Origin: Basidiobolus meristosporus CBS 931.73
Taxonomy: Eukaryota > Fungi > Basidiobolomycota
DNA length: 64,000 nucleotides
Assembly: GCA_002104905.1 (NCBI GenBank)
Contig: MCFE01000404.1
Span: 1-64,000 of the forward strand
Direction of reading: 5' to 3'
Below, one piece after another: positions 36,201 through 49,488 of the stretch (its first letter is position 1; each line of letters begins with the position of its first letter). Made by a program: the position numbers and the translations under genes. The notes below the pieces were generated by a model, which made no database searches, was not told the DNA's origin, and worked only from the letters and a program-made list of their open reading frames with translations.

Positions 36201-39145
36201 GCTCAATCGGACAGGCACTGTAAGACATAATTCCACAAAAAGATCGCGCATGTTGTCTTTGTGGGCCAAGGATAGCAAAGAATTCAGTCCTTCAAACAAC
36301 ACCTGTAGGAGAGGCAACACCTCTTTGTAGAGCAACTCGTATCTACCACCAGCAATATGTCGGAATAGAGCTCGAAGCAGTAGGAAATAGTTGATCGGCT
36401 CTTTTGCTTTGGTGGAGAGCTTCATGGATGAAATGATGATGTTGCCGATGTGAGGCTGAAGAATACTCTCATTGGTATCGGGGAAGTTGGTTAGAGCCAC
36501 AAAAGTCATCTTGAATAACCGCAAGATGACTGAAGCACAAAGCTTATCAGGACCTCCTAGCTTTTCGAATCGATCAACTAAGAAACGTAGCAAAGCACCT
36601 GAAAAGCTCTGCGTCACCGAGTCGTTGGATAAGAAGAACTGTGGTATCTCAAGTATGGAGGGGTTGACCAGTATCTGATCAAACACAAAGCACATCTGTG
36701 AAGTAAACACCTCTTGGAATACTGCCAGATCAATCTGAACAAAAACATTCGCAAATTGATCCAACAAGTCCTTTTCTTCTTTGGAGCTTGGCCCAACTCT
36801 GGAATCGAGGGTCTTGGGGGTAGAATCGGCACTTATATTGTCGATATTGTAGTAGTCAAAGCACTGCACGCCCTCCTTCAAGAGTCTGATGAAAATGTTC
36901 ACTTCCTCTTGCGAGAATCCACGTGCAATCGAATTGGTCTCTTGGCCGTCCTGAGCAGCACTACCTGTTGGATTACATTGTCTCAGCCCATACATGATCG
37001 TCTTGAGGCCAGAAATCAAGCTTCTGAATATAAATCTCCCATCTGGAAGAAAGGGTTATGTTAGCTGGATAGCACCTATGTACGAAGTCACGGCAATGGG
37101 GGGAAACCTTTCACAGGATCATTATTGGAGTCATTAGAGGCGCTTGTGTTGGGTGTCGAGCGAAGCCGCTCGAAATCAATGTCTTCGTTGCTTGTGGGGC
37201 TCTCAGATGATCCGGAGGTTGAGGGTTTCTTTTTGTTAAATTGCCTCAACACTTCGGGAAATGACAGATTGAGGGCGCCAAATTTGTTGGTGAAAGTGTC
37301 GAGAATCTTGATCAGCAAGCTTCGGCCTAGATCGAACGTGGAGAGGAAGATGAATTCCTATTCAAATTACAGTGTGCGTTGGCTCCCCTAACCTTCAACT
37401 TTGTTTGGCATACTGATTATGCAGTCAATCAAATTGAGCAACAGTTTGGCACAAATTCCCTGGATGCTAGATGGAAGTGTAGGATCATGCAAGTTCCGGG
37501 AATAAATATAAACAGCTCGTGAAATCTGAGCCGTGCTTAGTTCCCCCCGGACGTGGTGGATCAGATCAGCAAGCATGCTATATGCCAGTGGTCTAAGAGA
37601 CAGATAGGTGTTTAGAAAATGCCTGGTTTACGCGTCCATCGACTGCTGATTGCGTCCGAAAGTACCTCAAGGTTTCGTGTGATGTAACTCCTGTGCCAAC
37701 TAGAATTTTTTCATTCAACAAGACATCAATCTTACTAACAAAAGCAGTTCTAAACTCTGTAGATAAGATGTGTCTAGTCGCCACTAGAAGCTCCTACGCA
37801 ATCATCAGCAAACCTTTACACTTATTTGGAACCTATAAAGGAACTAACCTTTCTCGTGGCAGATGCCTCGGGGGGACAGTCACTAAGAAGGCGGATCAAA
37901 CAGTCAGGGATTTTTGTTTGATATGGCCGCACTGCTGCTGGATAACCTCTCAAGAAGTAGGCCACAAGGGACATAGTCTAGATGTAGACGACCGGAGTTG
38001 GCCCTCAGTATTCTATGCATCAGCAATATGCAAAGTGGACACGTACCTTGACTTGTGAGGCAATAAATTCCGAATACGCCACTCTGTTTTTTATCACTGG
38101 ACTAACTCCTATGAACACTTCGCCTTTAGCATTGGCAGCAGCATGCGCCTCTGCCTGAGGTTTGGCCTGAAGACTGAGGGCCTGTGGATATAGAGAGGTG
38201 AGAATTCTAGAACGGCCAAAGCTCCTGTTTGCCCAACCGATACGTACGTTGACAATCAATGGAATAAATATCTGGACATAGGTCGGTATATATGTTCGAT
38301 AAGACTGAAACAGTAACACCACTATGATCGGACACTCTGTCAGCACCTTAAAACTGTTGAGACTCTTGGGCAAGACCTTTTGTGGCACCTCAGACACATC
38401 AGAAGCGGGTGAGGTGGGTCTTGGGGATGTCAAAGATAACGAGCTTCCCTAAGTTGGAAAAGGTTAACAATTGCTTCGGTGAGTTGGGAAATAGTACCGT
38501 ATATTACAGTCCCGAATGGAGTTCCAGGTGAATCGAAGAAATCAGCGACAGTTTGCTCCATATTTTTATACATCTCTTGAACTAAGTCAAGAATAGGCTT
38601 CACTTGATCCTCCAATATATTTTTGTAGCTCCGATGGAGGTCAATGATGACTTTTAAACAAACAAGGGCGTTATCTTCGTTCTCGATGCGAAGCAAGACC
38701 AACAACATTTTAAGAAGGTCGGGAGCGTAGCTTCGTAAAGCCTCGTTTTGTGGAAATCTGTGGATAATTTCCAGAATGGTGTTTCTCAATTTCTAGGTGG
38801 CATGTTAACGAAATCCATCCCTGCACCAGGCCAAATATCGAAACTCGAGGCGTACCTGTTCGGGTGCATTGCTGACGAAAACCGGTGCTCCTTTAGTGAG
38901 GATATCAGAAAAGACCTTCATCAAGACCGACAAGAATCGAGGGTATTCTACGGATTGGAATATTTCCACGGAATCACGTAGCTCCAAGGCAATAGTCACT
39001 TTAAGCTTAACATCTGGCACAATGTGAATCAAAGATTAATCAGGGGGAGGTCTTTCTTAGCTGGCCAGATAAAATATGAACCTAGGTTTGGATCAGCGAG
39101 GCGAGTGGCATAAACCTCGCAGTTAAGAACTCCTGGAGGAGCCAT
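27210..39145 (-). CDS. TRA1: Transcription-associated protein Tra1/TRRAP (SAGA/NuA4 PIKK pseudokinase); multi-exon, apparent +1 frameshift near 32757
   Basis: N-terminal HEAT (RNTILEIIHRFPQNE, ENEDNALVCLKVIIDLHR), GLRTLELCIDNL, FAT region (HETAWIINRFAHVARKH, EIQEAFLKLREQAKC), PI3K-like domain lacking DFG, and FATC end (SKLSQMDCMWMQWL). About 9 short GT-AG introns. Confidence 0.95.
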
Positions 39146-39771
39146 TTTTGTGTGAACGACGACAGCGGTGTGCGAGATCGACTATTGGCCAAACACAAAT
39201 CTTACTCTATCTAGGAAACGTGTGTGTTATCGATAAAAAGCAACTTTTATCAATGTGTTGGAAGGCTAACAATCAAGTTAGTCTCCTTTCTAACTTGCCA
39301 AAGAGTGATTAAACGAATCAAGTGAACTTGGCGGTGCTCGCGCTCGCGTTTATAAAATGTCTAATTCGGAATCACAATATCAACCCAGCCAATATTCTTG
39401 ACGATATGAGAATTCTGTTTGATGCAACGGTGCATCAAAAATTTGCGCAATATCGTCTGTTTATTTTTTGACTGGAGTACATCTGAGATCTGGCACAATA
39501 GCATACACTGAAGCGCAACGAATTTCTTAGTTGTGTAGATTGGTTAACTTTTGAATAAATACGAAGAATTCGAGTACAATCTGGAGAATGGCTTCAATTT
39601 TCAACATTCTCAATAGCAATATTTTCACAAATCTATGTTGCCCACGTCACAGAGAACCCTCCTGAGATGATGATAATAAAATGTAGATTACCTTGCGATA
39701 GGTTAAACTAAGCCACGAGGTGAATAGCTCTGCTTCACCCTTTTCTTTTCTATATTGTCACAGAAGCCAAG

Positions 39772-40214
39772 ATGTTTGAAGGAAGAATCGTAATACCTTT
39801 TCGTGCATGATGAATCCGACTTTCGACTGACACCAAAGTCTGTTTTCTTTTTGGCAGGATTTTACCGGACAAAAGCTTGCCGATCAACTTTACCAGAGCG
39901 TGCTGGTTATTTCCGCGGTTGGTTTCTTTAACCTATTCAAAGAATCACATTGGTTTTGGACGTTGATGCGTTAGTCAAAAATAGGTGGTTGCATTCATTG
40001 CAGGCTATTTGTCTCAGTCACACGTTATAATGCTTGAGGTATTTGGAGCAGGAATCTTGCTTACTTTACTGGTAAGTTGGCCAAAACACTTCACCTTATC
40101 GACTTGAAATAACCGACGAAACGTTGGTATTCTTTCTAGTTGGTTGTACCCCCCTGGCCCATGTACAACAAAAATCCACTCAACTGGCTACCCTCCGTAA
40201 AAAAATCCAAGTAG
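39772..40214 (+). CDS. SPC1: Signal peptidase complex 12-kDa subunit (Spc1/SPCS1), 4 exons; not in the ORF track
   Basis: Spliced product MFEGRI/DFTGQKLADQLYQSVLVISA/VVAFIAGYLSQS..LLTLL/LVVPPWPMYNKNPLNWLP. DF.GQ.LA and VVPPWP.YN..PL.WL are SPC12 family motifs. Confidence 0.88.
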
Positions 40215-40489
40215 TCCTCTGTCTTCCACAATTCCATCCGTTTATTGTGTTGTAAGACTAAACCTATAAAGCCAGCTATGCGATCATATATATCATCTCA
40301 ACAGCAGTTTGATAAAAGGAAGCGGAATATTCATCTGTATAACAATTTATTTACTCGTATACACAGGTCCCTCTATATATACACGGGCAGGGAAGGGGAG
40401 TTGGAGTAAATACCACAGAGAGCTATCTTACAACTGAAGCTTATTGGTCAACAAAGAGGGGATGCTATATACAAAATATCATAATGTGA

Positions 40490-41763
40490 TCAGTGCTTGG
40501 CATCAAGGCTTTGAATCCATTCATCGGCCAAGATATCCTCCATTGTGGCACGGAGGCTTGGGTTGGGCTCAAGCATCTTCTTCAAAATGGTAGCGGCCCC
40601 TGATGGGATCTTGTTGAAAAACCGGTCTACTTTCCTATGCTCCAAATAGAGCTTGTAGGATTTGTCATTTGACAGGGCAACGTCCCAAGGGTGCCTCTTC
40701 AAGATCATTGAGATGTAAACGATCGCTGCTGACCAGATGTCAGATTTTCTGACATCATATGGCCTTCCGGTGAAAATCTCTGGTGCAATATATGGGTCGG
40801 AGCCACAAACGTCCTCAACGAGCTTGGGATCATAGCCAAACGTTTTGAAAACCACTGCGCATCCAAAGTCGATGATTTTGGCATCACCGCTCCCATCCAC
40901 ACAGATGTTTTCCAATTTGAGATCACGATGGCCGAAACCTCGGCTATGGAGGTAGAACAGACCACGGAGAAGCTGAATGAAGTATTTCCCGGCTAATTCA
41001 GCCGAAATCTCCCCAGAGCTAACTATTCCGAAGAGATCCGACGGGTAATATGGCATCACCTGGTGGATTTCTCCGTCCTCAAGTATGACATCCTGAACAT
41101 CAACAATATTCGGATGCTTGATGGAGGCGGCAAGAAATATCTCATTGCTGAGCCACTCGTAGTACCGAGTTTCACTCTCGCTTGAAAACCGTTTTCTAAA
41201 AGTTTTTACCGCGTACTTCTATGGTGAAACGTTAGCGAGAGCGCGACAACGGGAACATCAACAAAAAACGTTACCTGGCCATTTGATTCCGAATTCGTGA
41301 GCTGCACATTTCCACCGTTCCCAGTGCCAATCACCTTCTCAAATGGGCCATAGTTGTCTTTGAGCAACGGCCCGCGTCTCTTTTCCAAGGCCTCCACAAG
41401 AGGCAGTGCCTTTTTCTTTTGAGGGAAGATGTTCTTTAACTGAGAGATAAATGCAAAGCGGCTTTTCCTGTTTGGTTTGGCAGGAGTAGGATTTATGTCG
41501 GTAAACACGAAACGACTGGGTACTTTGGCTACGTCAATAGCAAATTCTTCGTGCTCAGAGTGATCACTTGAAGAAGAATGAATCGAGGAGCATGACGTTA
41601 CGGTCGAGTAGTTGTCCAGCGACAGAGTGGACGAGGGTTTTGACAACGGAAGAAATTTCGGAGAGGGTTCATGGGTTGGGAATTGAAACGGCTGAGAGAA
41701 AGTATATACAGCGTTGTCTAAACAGGGGATCTCAACAATCTTGACGGGACTTCTGCTTGGCAT
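40490..41763 (-). CDS. Ser/Thr protein kinase, Npr1/Hal5-like family, 2 exons
   Basis: IGTGNGGNV, then an intron (about 41223-41275), then YAVK, HPNIV, HRDLKLEN, IIDFG, CGSDPYIAPE, DIWS. Confidence 0.88.
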
Positions 41764-42690
41764 TTGGACAAGGAACTATACAAAACGAAATCAATGCCAC
41801 CTAACGAAGAGTACGGCTCACCACCCGTTGAACAACAAATATGCCGATCCGCACAATGCTACGGTGATTATATATATTGGACCAAGTGACCTGCGGAAAA
41901 AAGGAATTGTAATGATTAGCAGTCAAACCGCTGAATCCATTACTAATTCCTTGATTACCCAGAAAAACCGGATTAACCTACGGCGAAAGATTGGCTGATA
42001 ATACATGAATCAGCACTAATCATATCATCATGGTAAACGGCAATGCCGAATTACACGAGCCAAGTAATGACATCGCTTAGCCATCAATCATCCGCCGCAG
42101 CAAGAAGAGCAGGCATTGAATATTTTCATCCAAAAACATGTGCTAACCAGGCGACTGTGGCTGAACGCCTTACATGAAAACCCAGAGAAAAATCACTGCA
42201 AGTATGACCAAGATCCCTACACTAGCCCAAACCATGGCCTCGTAATACAGACATCATCATCATGATGATTGTGCATTCGGCAGATTTAAGGGGATCGGGA
42301 ACTGAGTTGTTCCTTGCTTCCAAGAATGTTCCCAAGAAAAATCTGTAACACAACAAGCCCACCGGCAGATCCGCACGAAGTTCAACCAACCCCGCCGAAA
42401 GTTGGCGCCAAGGACCACTTTCGAATAAATAAACACCCGTTGCGGAAAAATTAGCGCTTGGTGGCCACGAACGCCCTTGGTCTCCATCTGAAATCAACCT
42501 AACGTAAGCCTTCCAAGTGCCCCCAAACAGATGCGCCGAATCTCATTTGGAACAAATTAGATGGATATTTATTGAGTTCTAATTACATTAAGGATGTACA
42601 TTTACCAATTGTGGAGATGTGGATCACGGAAATGGTTAAATCAATGATCAGGATGTGATGAGTGACAAAATGAAGGCCAATGGGATCCGC

Positions 42691-43338
42691 TTAATCGTAA
42701 CCTTGAAGAAGATAGACAAGCTCTGGAGCCCACTTCTCCCAGCATTCCTCAGCGCAAAGATTGTCAGTGCTGTCCCGGAAGTTCTCGAGATCCTTCAAGT
42801 AATCCTGGCGAAGCTTGTTGAGAGTGGCCTTGTCAACATCTTTACCAAGGATCTTGGTGACTGCAGCCCAGATGAGTTGGTCGTATTTGCCATTCTCCTC
42901 GGATTCTCCCTTGATTTCCTTGATAACACCTTCACGGGTACGCTGCAAAACATCATCCAGATAGTAAATAATAGATCCTGGGGAGCCGCACACTTCGGAG
43001 CAGTAGTAGTTGGGGCATCCAGGTGTGTCGACCTTGTAGCATCGTGCATGATATTTGCCGAAAATCCCATAATCCATGATGCCGTGCATCTTCTCCATCA
43101 GGGCCTGCTTGGATTTGAAGAAGGCGTTCTTGAGATTGGCTTCAAGAGCGATGTGAGTTCGGACTTCGTAGCCGAAGGTGGCTTTGACGTTGGTTTCGAA
43201 GTTGTCGAATAGCTCAGTGACTAAGGGAGTGTACTTCTCGATAAAGTCGCGGTCGGCTGCTTGGCGACATTCGTTTTCACAGGCGGATGCAACACCCAAA
43301 AGACCAGCAGCAAAAAGGAAAGATTTGAAGAATTTCAT
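42691..43338 (-). CDS. Secreted 8-Cys helical protein of unknown function, paralog A (215 aa)
   Basis: Signal peptide MKFFKSFLFAAGLLGVASA, intronless, TATA-like TATAAAA near 43444 on the minus strand. A paralog with identical Cys spacing lies at 53167-53796. Confidence 0.85.
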   Translation of the reverse strand: MKFFKSFLFAAGLLGVASACENECRQAADRDFIEKYTPLVTELFDNFETNVKATFGYEVRTHIALEANLKNAFFKSKQALMEKMHGIMDYGIFGKYHARCYKVDTPGCPNYYCSEVCGSPGSIIYYLDDVLQRTREGVIKEIKGESEENGKYDQLIWAAVTKILGKDVDKATLNKLRQDYLKDLENFRDSTDNLCAEECWEKWAPELVYLLQGYD

Positions 43339-45118
43339 TTGAATTCTGGCAAAGTATGTGTGCTAACCGAGGGGACAAACAGCGGGAGATTGGAAGAATG
43401 ACGTGACTTCGGATGAGTGAGGTGGAGGGTGTTGACTAGGGTTTTATAGAAGAAGCAGGATCAGCCAAAACCTCGCTCGCTGATGCGGATTACTACTTTA
43501 GTCAGTCTATTCACCAGATACATTTCCCTTTTTACTCGTCAATCAAGCCCCATCTGTCACATCACACAACATATCATGGGTTCTATTAAAAGAGGGATGA
43601 GGGAAATAAATCATCGATATATTTATATTACTCAACAACGACATCAAATGAGGGAGCAATATGGTCATTTTTCTCGTTTGGGGATATTCTTGTTGCTACA
43701 TCCCATGCGGTTGATTGGACGCAGCGTGGTTTTTGGGGTGAAAAATAGGCATGCTCGTGATTGATGAATATTGATGTAATGAGCCATGGGCTGCTAAACA
43801 ATTACCGCATGAATATATGTGGTTGAGAAGGCGGCTGAAGTCGCTCTAGGCTCATTCATTCGTCAATGACTAGTTGGCGGAATTGAACTATATCCAAGCA
43901 TTAGGATTAATGTGAGTATATTGGAGATTGCATCAACACTATACTTAGATCTCCCCAATATAGGCTGGGAGGTTAATTAATAGCCAGCAAGAGTTAAAAA
44001 TACTTGGTGGCATATTCTCTGTCGCACTGCCGCGGCTATTTTCCCCTCCGTGAGGTGTTTTGGCCAAGAGCTAGCCAAATGTACAGAGAAGCCACCTTGT
44101 TTATACACGCACCATGCTCTCGGGATGGAATTTGGGGGGATGCAATCTAAAGCTCAATATGTCGAGCTGTACGAATCTTGTTTGTTAAGCTGTACTTGAA
44201 ACCTCTTCGCCCTGGGTTGCTTGATTTGTACGGAGTGTTATACTGTTCGAGTTGAACAAGATAAAACAAGGAACTCGCCACCTCAAAGCTTTCCAATATT
44301 GGTCAAAGGTAACATCAGCCGAATAGTATGTTGTTCTAGTCGCAAATAACTTGATTCCACCTGTGTTTTACTTGAGACCTCATTGACTGTGGTGACTCCT
44401 GGAATAGCTCTTTGCTGCATAGACTTCAAACCTTTCGGGGAGCTGGGATGACGCTTGGATATAACTGATATGCACACCAAATAGCTCTATCATATCAACG
44501 CCCGAAAATACCGAAAAGGGAATAGAGCACTGATAAATACACGGTTTCGTTATGTTTGACATTACTAAATGGCATTTAGCGGAAGACAGGCATAACGACC
44601 ATTGTAATATGTAAACAATTAATCCAAATCCTTAAACCAGTTAGTTAAATTGCAAACCGTGATTCCATCAATGCAGATACTTGTGTATGAGAAGATTCCT
44701 CCCTATTGCACTTGTTGGATTGGATCGAGTGATTGCTAGATCTGTTTTCCGTGTTACGATATGCTCTAGTGGTGATAATCTCAGTAATGGTTTAAAAATA
44801 GCCCGCGTTGGCTCGAAGCGCAGCCAATTACTGATCATGTCCAGAGTTGGTTGCGTGTGTTTAAAATAGCCGTGGTACAGAGGTTGGGTTGAAAATAGTA
44901 CACGTACTCGTGTGTAAGCCGAGAAACACGATCGAACCTATATTGGAAATAAATCAGAAAGAGGTTCAGAAAGCAGTACGCGATTTCCCATATTTGGCAA
45001 TCGGATTGACTCTTGGCAGCTCGGACTAGATTCCTCGGAATGGTATAAGTACAAAACGAATCCCGATCCCAAGAAATAAAGAGGTTAGAATTGGTCTCTG
45101 TTCAGCAACATTAGTTAA

Positions 45119-45856
45119 ATGCCTTCTGAGATAACCGTTCCGAAGCCCACTCTCAGCTTCAAGAAGGCTCCAAATACCTATCTAGCGGACATTATATCCC
45201 TTAGTCCCTACGATCTTGAGAAGGGTACAAAGCTTGATGTATTCAAATCACCTTTCAATTACGCCGACGCCCTTTTCTTCAACAAACCCACGCCCCTCAT
45301 TCCCAAAGAGTCCAAAGCGTATAATTTGAAGCAATTATTCGCCAGCCTCAAAATATTCACTACTCCAGCAAGTGCAGTAGAGATAATCGAGGAAAAGCCT
45401 CCACTACTACCTGTTGCGGACTTAACCCAGGTAGATACCCCTCCGGACCTACCGGCGTTTACTGAGGAACGCCCGGCATATTTCCCCATCAAAACAATGT
45501 ACCTGCTGAGTTTTGAAAAAATACGTAATTGTAAGGGACGACCCATTGTTGATATTCTCTTGATACACCAAACTATGTCTAGGCTTCAGCGTTCGGGTTT
45601 ACTATACGAGGTCCATCCTGCCATCATTGAACGTAGAATTATAGAAAAGGCCGCGTTTCTTCGAAAGTTGAACAAGGCTAGGTATCCGCAGATCATTTCT
45701 GCGCCTCTGAAGCAACAATACACACCGCCACCACCCTACTTCCGGTTTGACAATGAAAGTAAAGATACAGGTGCAGAACGCAAATGTGACGACGAGCATG
45801 TCCCGTTAGCAGTAATTCAGAGTGAATTCCAGCATACCAAATCCAACCGCGACTAG
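45119..45856 (+). CDS. Hypothetical Pro-rich protein (245 aa)
   Basis: Long uninterrupted ORF with plausible composition, a PPPY motif and a DDEHVPLAVI motif. No family recognised with confidence. Confidence 0.6.
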   Translation: MPSEITVPKPTLSFKKAPNTYLADIISLSPYDLEKGTKLDVFKSPFNYADALFFNKPTPLIPKESKAYNLKQLFASLKIFTTPASAVEIIEEKPPLLPVADLTQVDTPPDLPAFTEERPAYFPIKTMYLLSFEKIRNCKGRPIVDILLIHQTMSRLQRSGLLYEVHPAIIERRIIEKAAFLRKLNKARYPQIISAPLKQQYTPPPPYFRFDNESKDTGAERKCDDEHVPLAVIQSEFQHTKSNRD

Positions 45857-46666
45857 AGCAGACGAAGGCCAGTTCATCACATACATTAATTTAATCTAAA
45901 TTTGCATTTTTGTCTAGATATATACATCGCAAATACCCTTCAGATAAACCCATAGTATTGACGATCAGCATTGTACATATAATAAATCGTCATTCGTTGA
46001 GGTAAGCTAATTGCGTGTTCATATCCGTCATGAAGGTCGCTGATCATTTGGCTTTTGACAAGTGTGTTCTTAGGAGGTGAGTTGGAAATGTTTGCAAGAT
46101 TTCATCTTTTGCAGGTATGACGGAATCTTCAGCAGTCTTTGGTGAGATATGCAGAGGAATACATAACAACGACATTTAATAAAGTTACAGTTTTAGCAAT
46201 GAAACCATTTTACCTTTGATAAGCCACCTGGACGATACTTATTATATCAAACCAAAAGCACCAAAAGCACCAAAACCACCCGTCAGTTCTACATTAGATG
46301 AGTCAGACCCTTTGCAAGGGGGATGACGCAATAATGAGCAGATCGTGTAGAGCCCAAACATCGTATAAATATGGCCATGACGTTTAGGCCATTCCACTTG
46401 GTAGTCACTCGTTATGTAATGCGGCCGTTTTGGGGATGGAATGATGATCGACTGGACACTTTTGAAACAAAAATCCCAATCACCCAGTATTGGCTTGAGC
46501 TCAAATCGTCGATTTCCTCCTCTTGGTGGTGAGTGTGGTTCGTGTGTGATTAGATGATCTCATGGGACGCAAATATTACCTGGGTAAGTGTATGTGGGCC
46601 GTATGATCGTAAGTATAAATGCGCCAGATAGCGGCCCAGTGGAGCAAGAACTCACTCTTCTCTATC

Positions 46667-46852
46667 ATGACCGAACAACAAGCACAGCCAACCTACGTCC
46701 AAAGCGGTTCCTTTCTCACCAATGGAACTCTCTTGCATAGTCAACCGACTATCAACGGACAGCCGTTAAACTCGAGCCAAGCCATGTATCATCAGCAAAT
46801 GGCCCACCAATATCGAGTGTTGATCCAGCAGTTAACCGGTAGCTCCGCATAG
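46667..46852 (+). CDS. Possible small Gln-rich protein (61 aa)
   Basis: TATAAA at about 46614, a pyrimidine-rich leader, then ATG ACC GAA CAA. Q/N/S/T-rich. No homology recognised. Confidence 0.3.
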   Translation: MTEQQAQPTYVQSGSFLTNGTLLHSQPTINGQPLNSSQAMYHQQMAHQYRVLIQQLTGSSA

Positions 46853-47121
46853 CCATCGTTCCTTTAACCTGAAATGTACATAGTAGTGCGCATCCAAGGG
46901 CCGTTTTCTATCCCATTTCTCTAGAAAAACCGCAATACTTGGCGCCAATATAATAAATAATGAGATGCTTACAACCAAGATTTATTAGGTCGGTAAAGAC
47001 ATTGGGTAGCCCAATCATTAATCAACAAAACTATGGAGAGAGCTACGTACATATTATGGATGTATTACTTACATTAACATAGAAGTGAGATCAACGGATA
47101 GTAACGAGATTAGGCCTTGGT

Positions 47122-48434
47122 TCATTCGATCAGATTTAGGTTTCTCTCGGTAGGGGCTCGTGTTTGCGCCATTGTACGGCTGGTGTCCACTAAATGATGT
47201 CACATCGTTAGGCTACCTCCATTCGTTCAAAAATAAACCTTCCGGCCACTTACAATGGAACTTTAGGCCCTGGCCGAAATTCACGTAGCATTGAACCGTC
47301 ATGACAATGGTGGCGGCAATCATGATCAGCGATAATGCAGCTAGTTTAAAGATTAGTCGCCAGCAATAAGAGAATCAAGGTGGTTGTATCCAAGCGTACC
47401 AAAGAAGGTTAGGAAGATGATCACATTTTTGTATTGCGGCTCATGACGTCTTTGCTGCATTCTAATCAGCTTGAATATGAAATAGCCTGCTCCACAACAC
47501 AGACCAAATAGGAATATCACGGTCATGATTCGATTTTCACGTCGAATACAGTAAATTGCCAGCACCAAGGTTACAATAATAATTGGCAATGAGGCTATAG
47601 TGATAGGGACTTCCGGGTCATTGGGGTTGGATTGTACCAACACCAGTACCAAGAATTGGACACAAAATCCAAGAAAGAAAAAGATATCCAGCTTGATCAA
47701 CGTGAGGAAGATTTGGTAAGAGCGATACCGAGCTAATACGGATTGGCAGTGTCAGTGCGGTGTTGGAGAAGCACAACAGTAGGCATCTTCAAATACCTGT
47801 CATCCGAACATCTGCACCAATTCGTTTGTAGATCTGCCAGCCGAATTCTCGATAGAGGCGGTAGCTCAGCCATATGTAAAAAAAGAAGCATGCAAGCATA
47901 GTAGCAGCGATTGCAATGGTGATGGTCTGGCATAATTGCATCGCCGATTTCTCCAGCTGCCCGCTCATTTGACTTAGTTGGTTGTACTGAATTAAAGAGT
48001 AGCAAAAGCAGGACAGGTTGAATAGCACAAAGGCGATTATCTGAATAGTGTTTTGGTACCGTAACTAGGATATTAGAAAGCGTCAGTTGTTGCCGTGAAT
48101 GCCAACTCTCGACAGAGTACTCAAGTTCTACTGCAGCTGTACTTTGAACAACACTTACGGCATCCCACACTAGTACTATTTGGAATACTTGCGAGCTGAT
48201 AAATATGATAAAATAGACCAACAGCGAGGTGTACTTATTTTGGCCCTCATCCAGTTCATAGCTTTGATAATAGGTATATGCGATAAACGATTCCAGCGCT
48301 ATGACAATAAGAGCTTCCAGTACGGATAAAATTAACGTCGTGCGTGGATAATTGACGGCCATTTTCTGGGGAAGACAAAGGGTTAATTGCAACTCCCAGC
48401 CACAGCAGGGTTAGTGATAAAGTGGTACCTTCAT
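47122..48434 (-). CDS. Multi-pass membrane protein, UPF0658 Golgi membrane protein family; about 6 exons
   Basis: Spliced VWDA/LRYQNTIQIIAFVLFN, LYREFGWQIYKRIGAD, YQIFLTLIKLDIFFFLGFCVQF and NFGQGLK, which are motifs of this fungal family as recalled. Confidence 0.72.
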
Positions 48435-48879
48435 GGCTTGACCTATAACTTCATAGCTTGCTGAAAGAAAGGTGCACGCGACAATAAACTAGAAATTTAG
48501 CCCACGCACAAAATAAGGAAACCCCCGAAAATAACATTAGGAACGAAGCTCGCATGCTAAAACCTAGTATGAATCCGTCCATTGTACTGAGACATTTCCA
48601 CGAGTTAGAAGTGAGCGATTGGTGTAACTTCCATTTGTATCATCTTTCTTACGCTACGGACAATAATTAATAATAAGCAGTCTATTAATCAATCAACCTG
48701 ATTGGTACTGGTGCAATTACCGCGGTGTAACAGTCGCGTAATGGGACCAGCAGATCGTGTTTAAATAAAGCAAGTTCACTGAGAATAACCGAGTTGCGGT
48801 GCATAAATAGGTTTCGAAGGAGTATTTGTATTTTATAGAAGCAATACTATGTTGATTGAAACGACAAGAAACGAATATT

Positions 48880-49245
48880 CTAGTTATCCTCAACAACTTC
48901 GGTTTGGAGACCCTTGTAGGAGGTAACGGGAACAAAAGTGACATAGGTGTAGAGCTTCTCCTTGGCATCTTCGTCATCGTTACGTCTGCGGGCGAGGCGA
49001 ACGCGAATGCGACGTTGAACGTTACGGATACCATGGCTCCAAACTTGCTTGTTCACGGAAGGATCCAAGCGGACATCGACGGTACCCATTTGCTTGGAGG
49101 CGAAAGCCTTGATGGCCTTGACGGCAGTAGGAGCCTTCTTCTTGAAAGAACGATCATGGATGAGCTTGTGAAGGTGAATGGTGTACTCTCTGGTGACAAC
49201 GTCGGAGAGAGTGGAACGCTTGGTACCCTTTTGTTCCTTGGCCAT
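48880..49245 (-). CDS. RPL31: 60S ribosomal protein L31 (eL31); 5'-UTR intron about 49249-49315
   Basis: [70 protein letters not shown]. Confidence 0.97.
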   Translation of the reverse strand: MAKEQKGTKRSTLSDVVTREYTIHLHKLIHDRSFKKKAPTAVKAIKAFASKQMGTVDVRLDPSVNKQVWSHGIRNVQRRIRVRLARRRNDDEDAKEKLYTYVTFVPVTSYKGLQTEVVEDN

Positions 49246-49488
49246 TTTCTACAGTGATGGATGGAAGTTCGATGAGAATTGATGTTAGGTCAGAGGCAGT
49301 TATCGGTAACTACATACCAAGAATACAGTCGCTTGGTTGGGAAACAGCGAGAGAGAGAAAGAATGGCCTATTCGGTTGATCGCATTAATTGAGGTGATTC
49401 GAACTGAATGATCTCACCGAGAGCCAATGGGAGCCTGATAGATGCAACACCCCTTGATCATTGTTGAAAAAAAACCATTCAACATAAC

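Noticed and set aside
28000-37100. Many 60-240 aa ORFs opposite or overlapping TRA1 (e.g. 31106-31834)
   Set aside because: Shadow or alternate-frame ORFs of a long coding sequence, with no recognisable motifs.
42655-43212. 185-aa plus-strand ORF
   Set aside because: Antisense to secreted paralog A, which has the signal peptide and a conserved paralog.
43700-44560. Possible decayed minus-strand gene (open stretches such as TYYSADVTFDQYWKALR)
   Set aside because: Frequent stops, no consistent splice solution and no recognisable family; BLASTx would be needed.
48856-49257. 133-aa plus-strand ORF
   Set aside because: Antisense shadow of RPL31.
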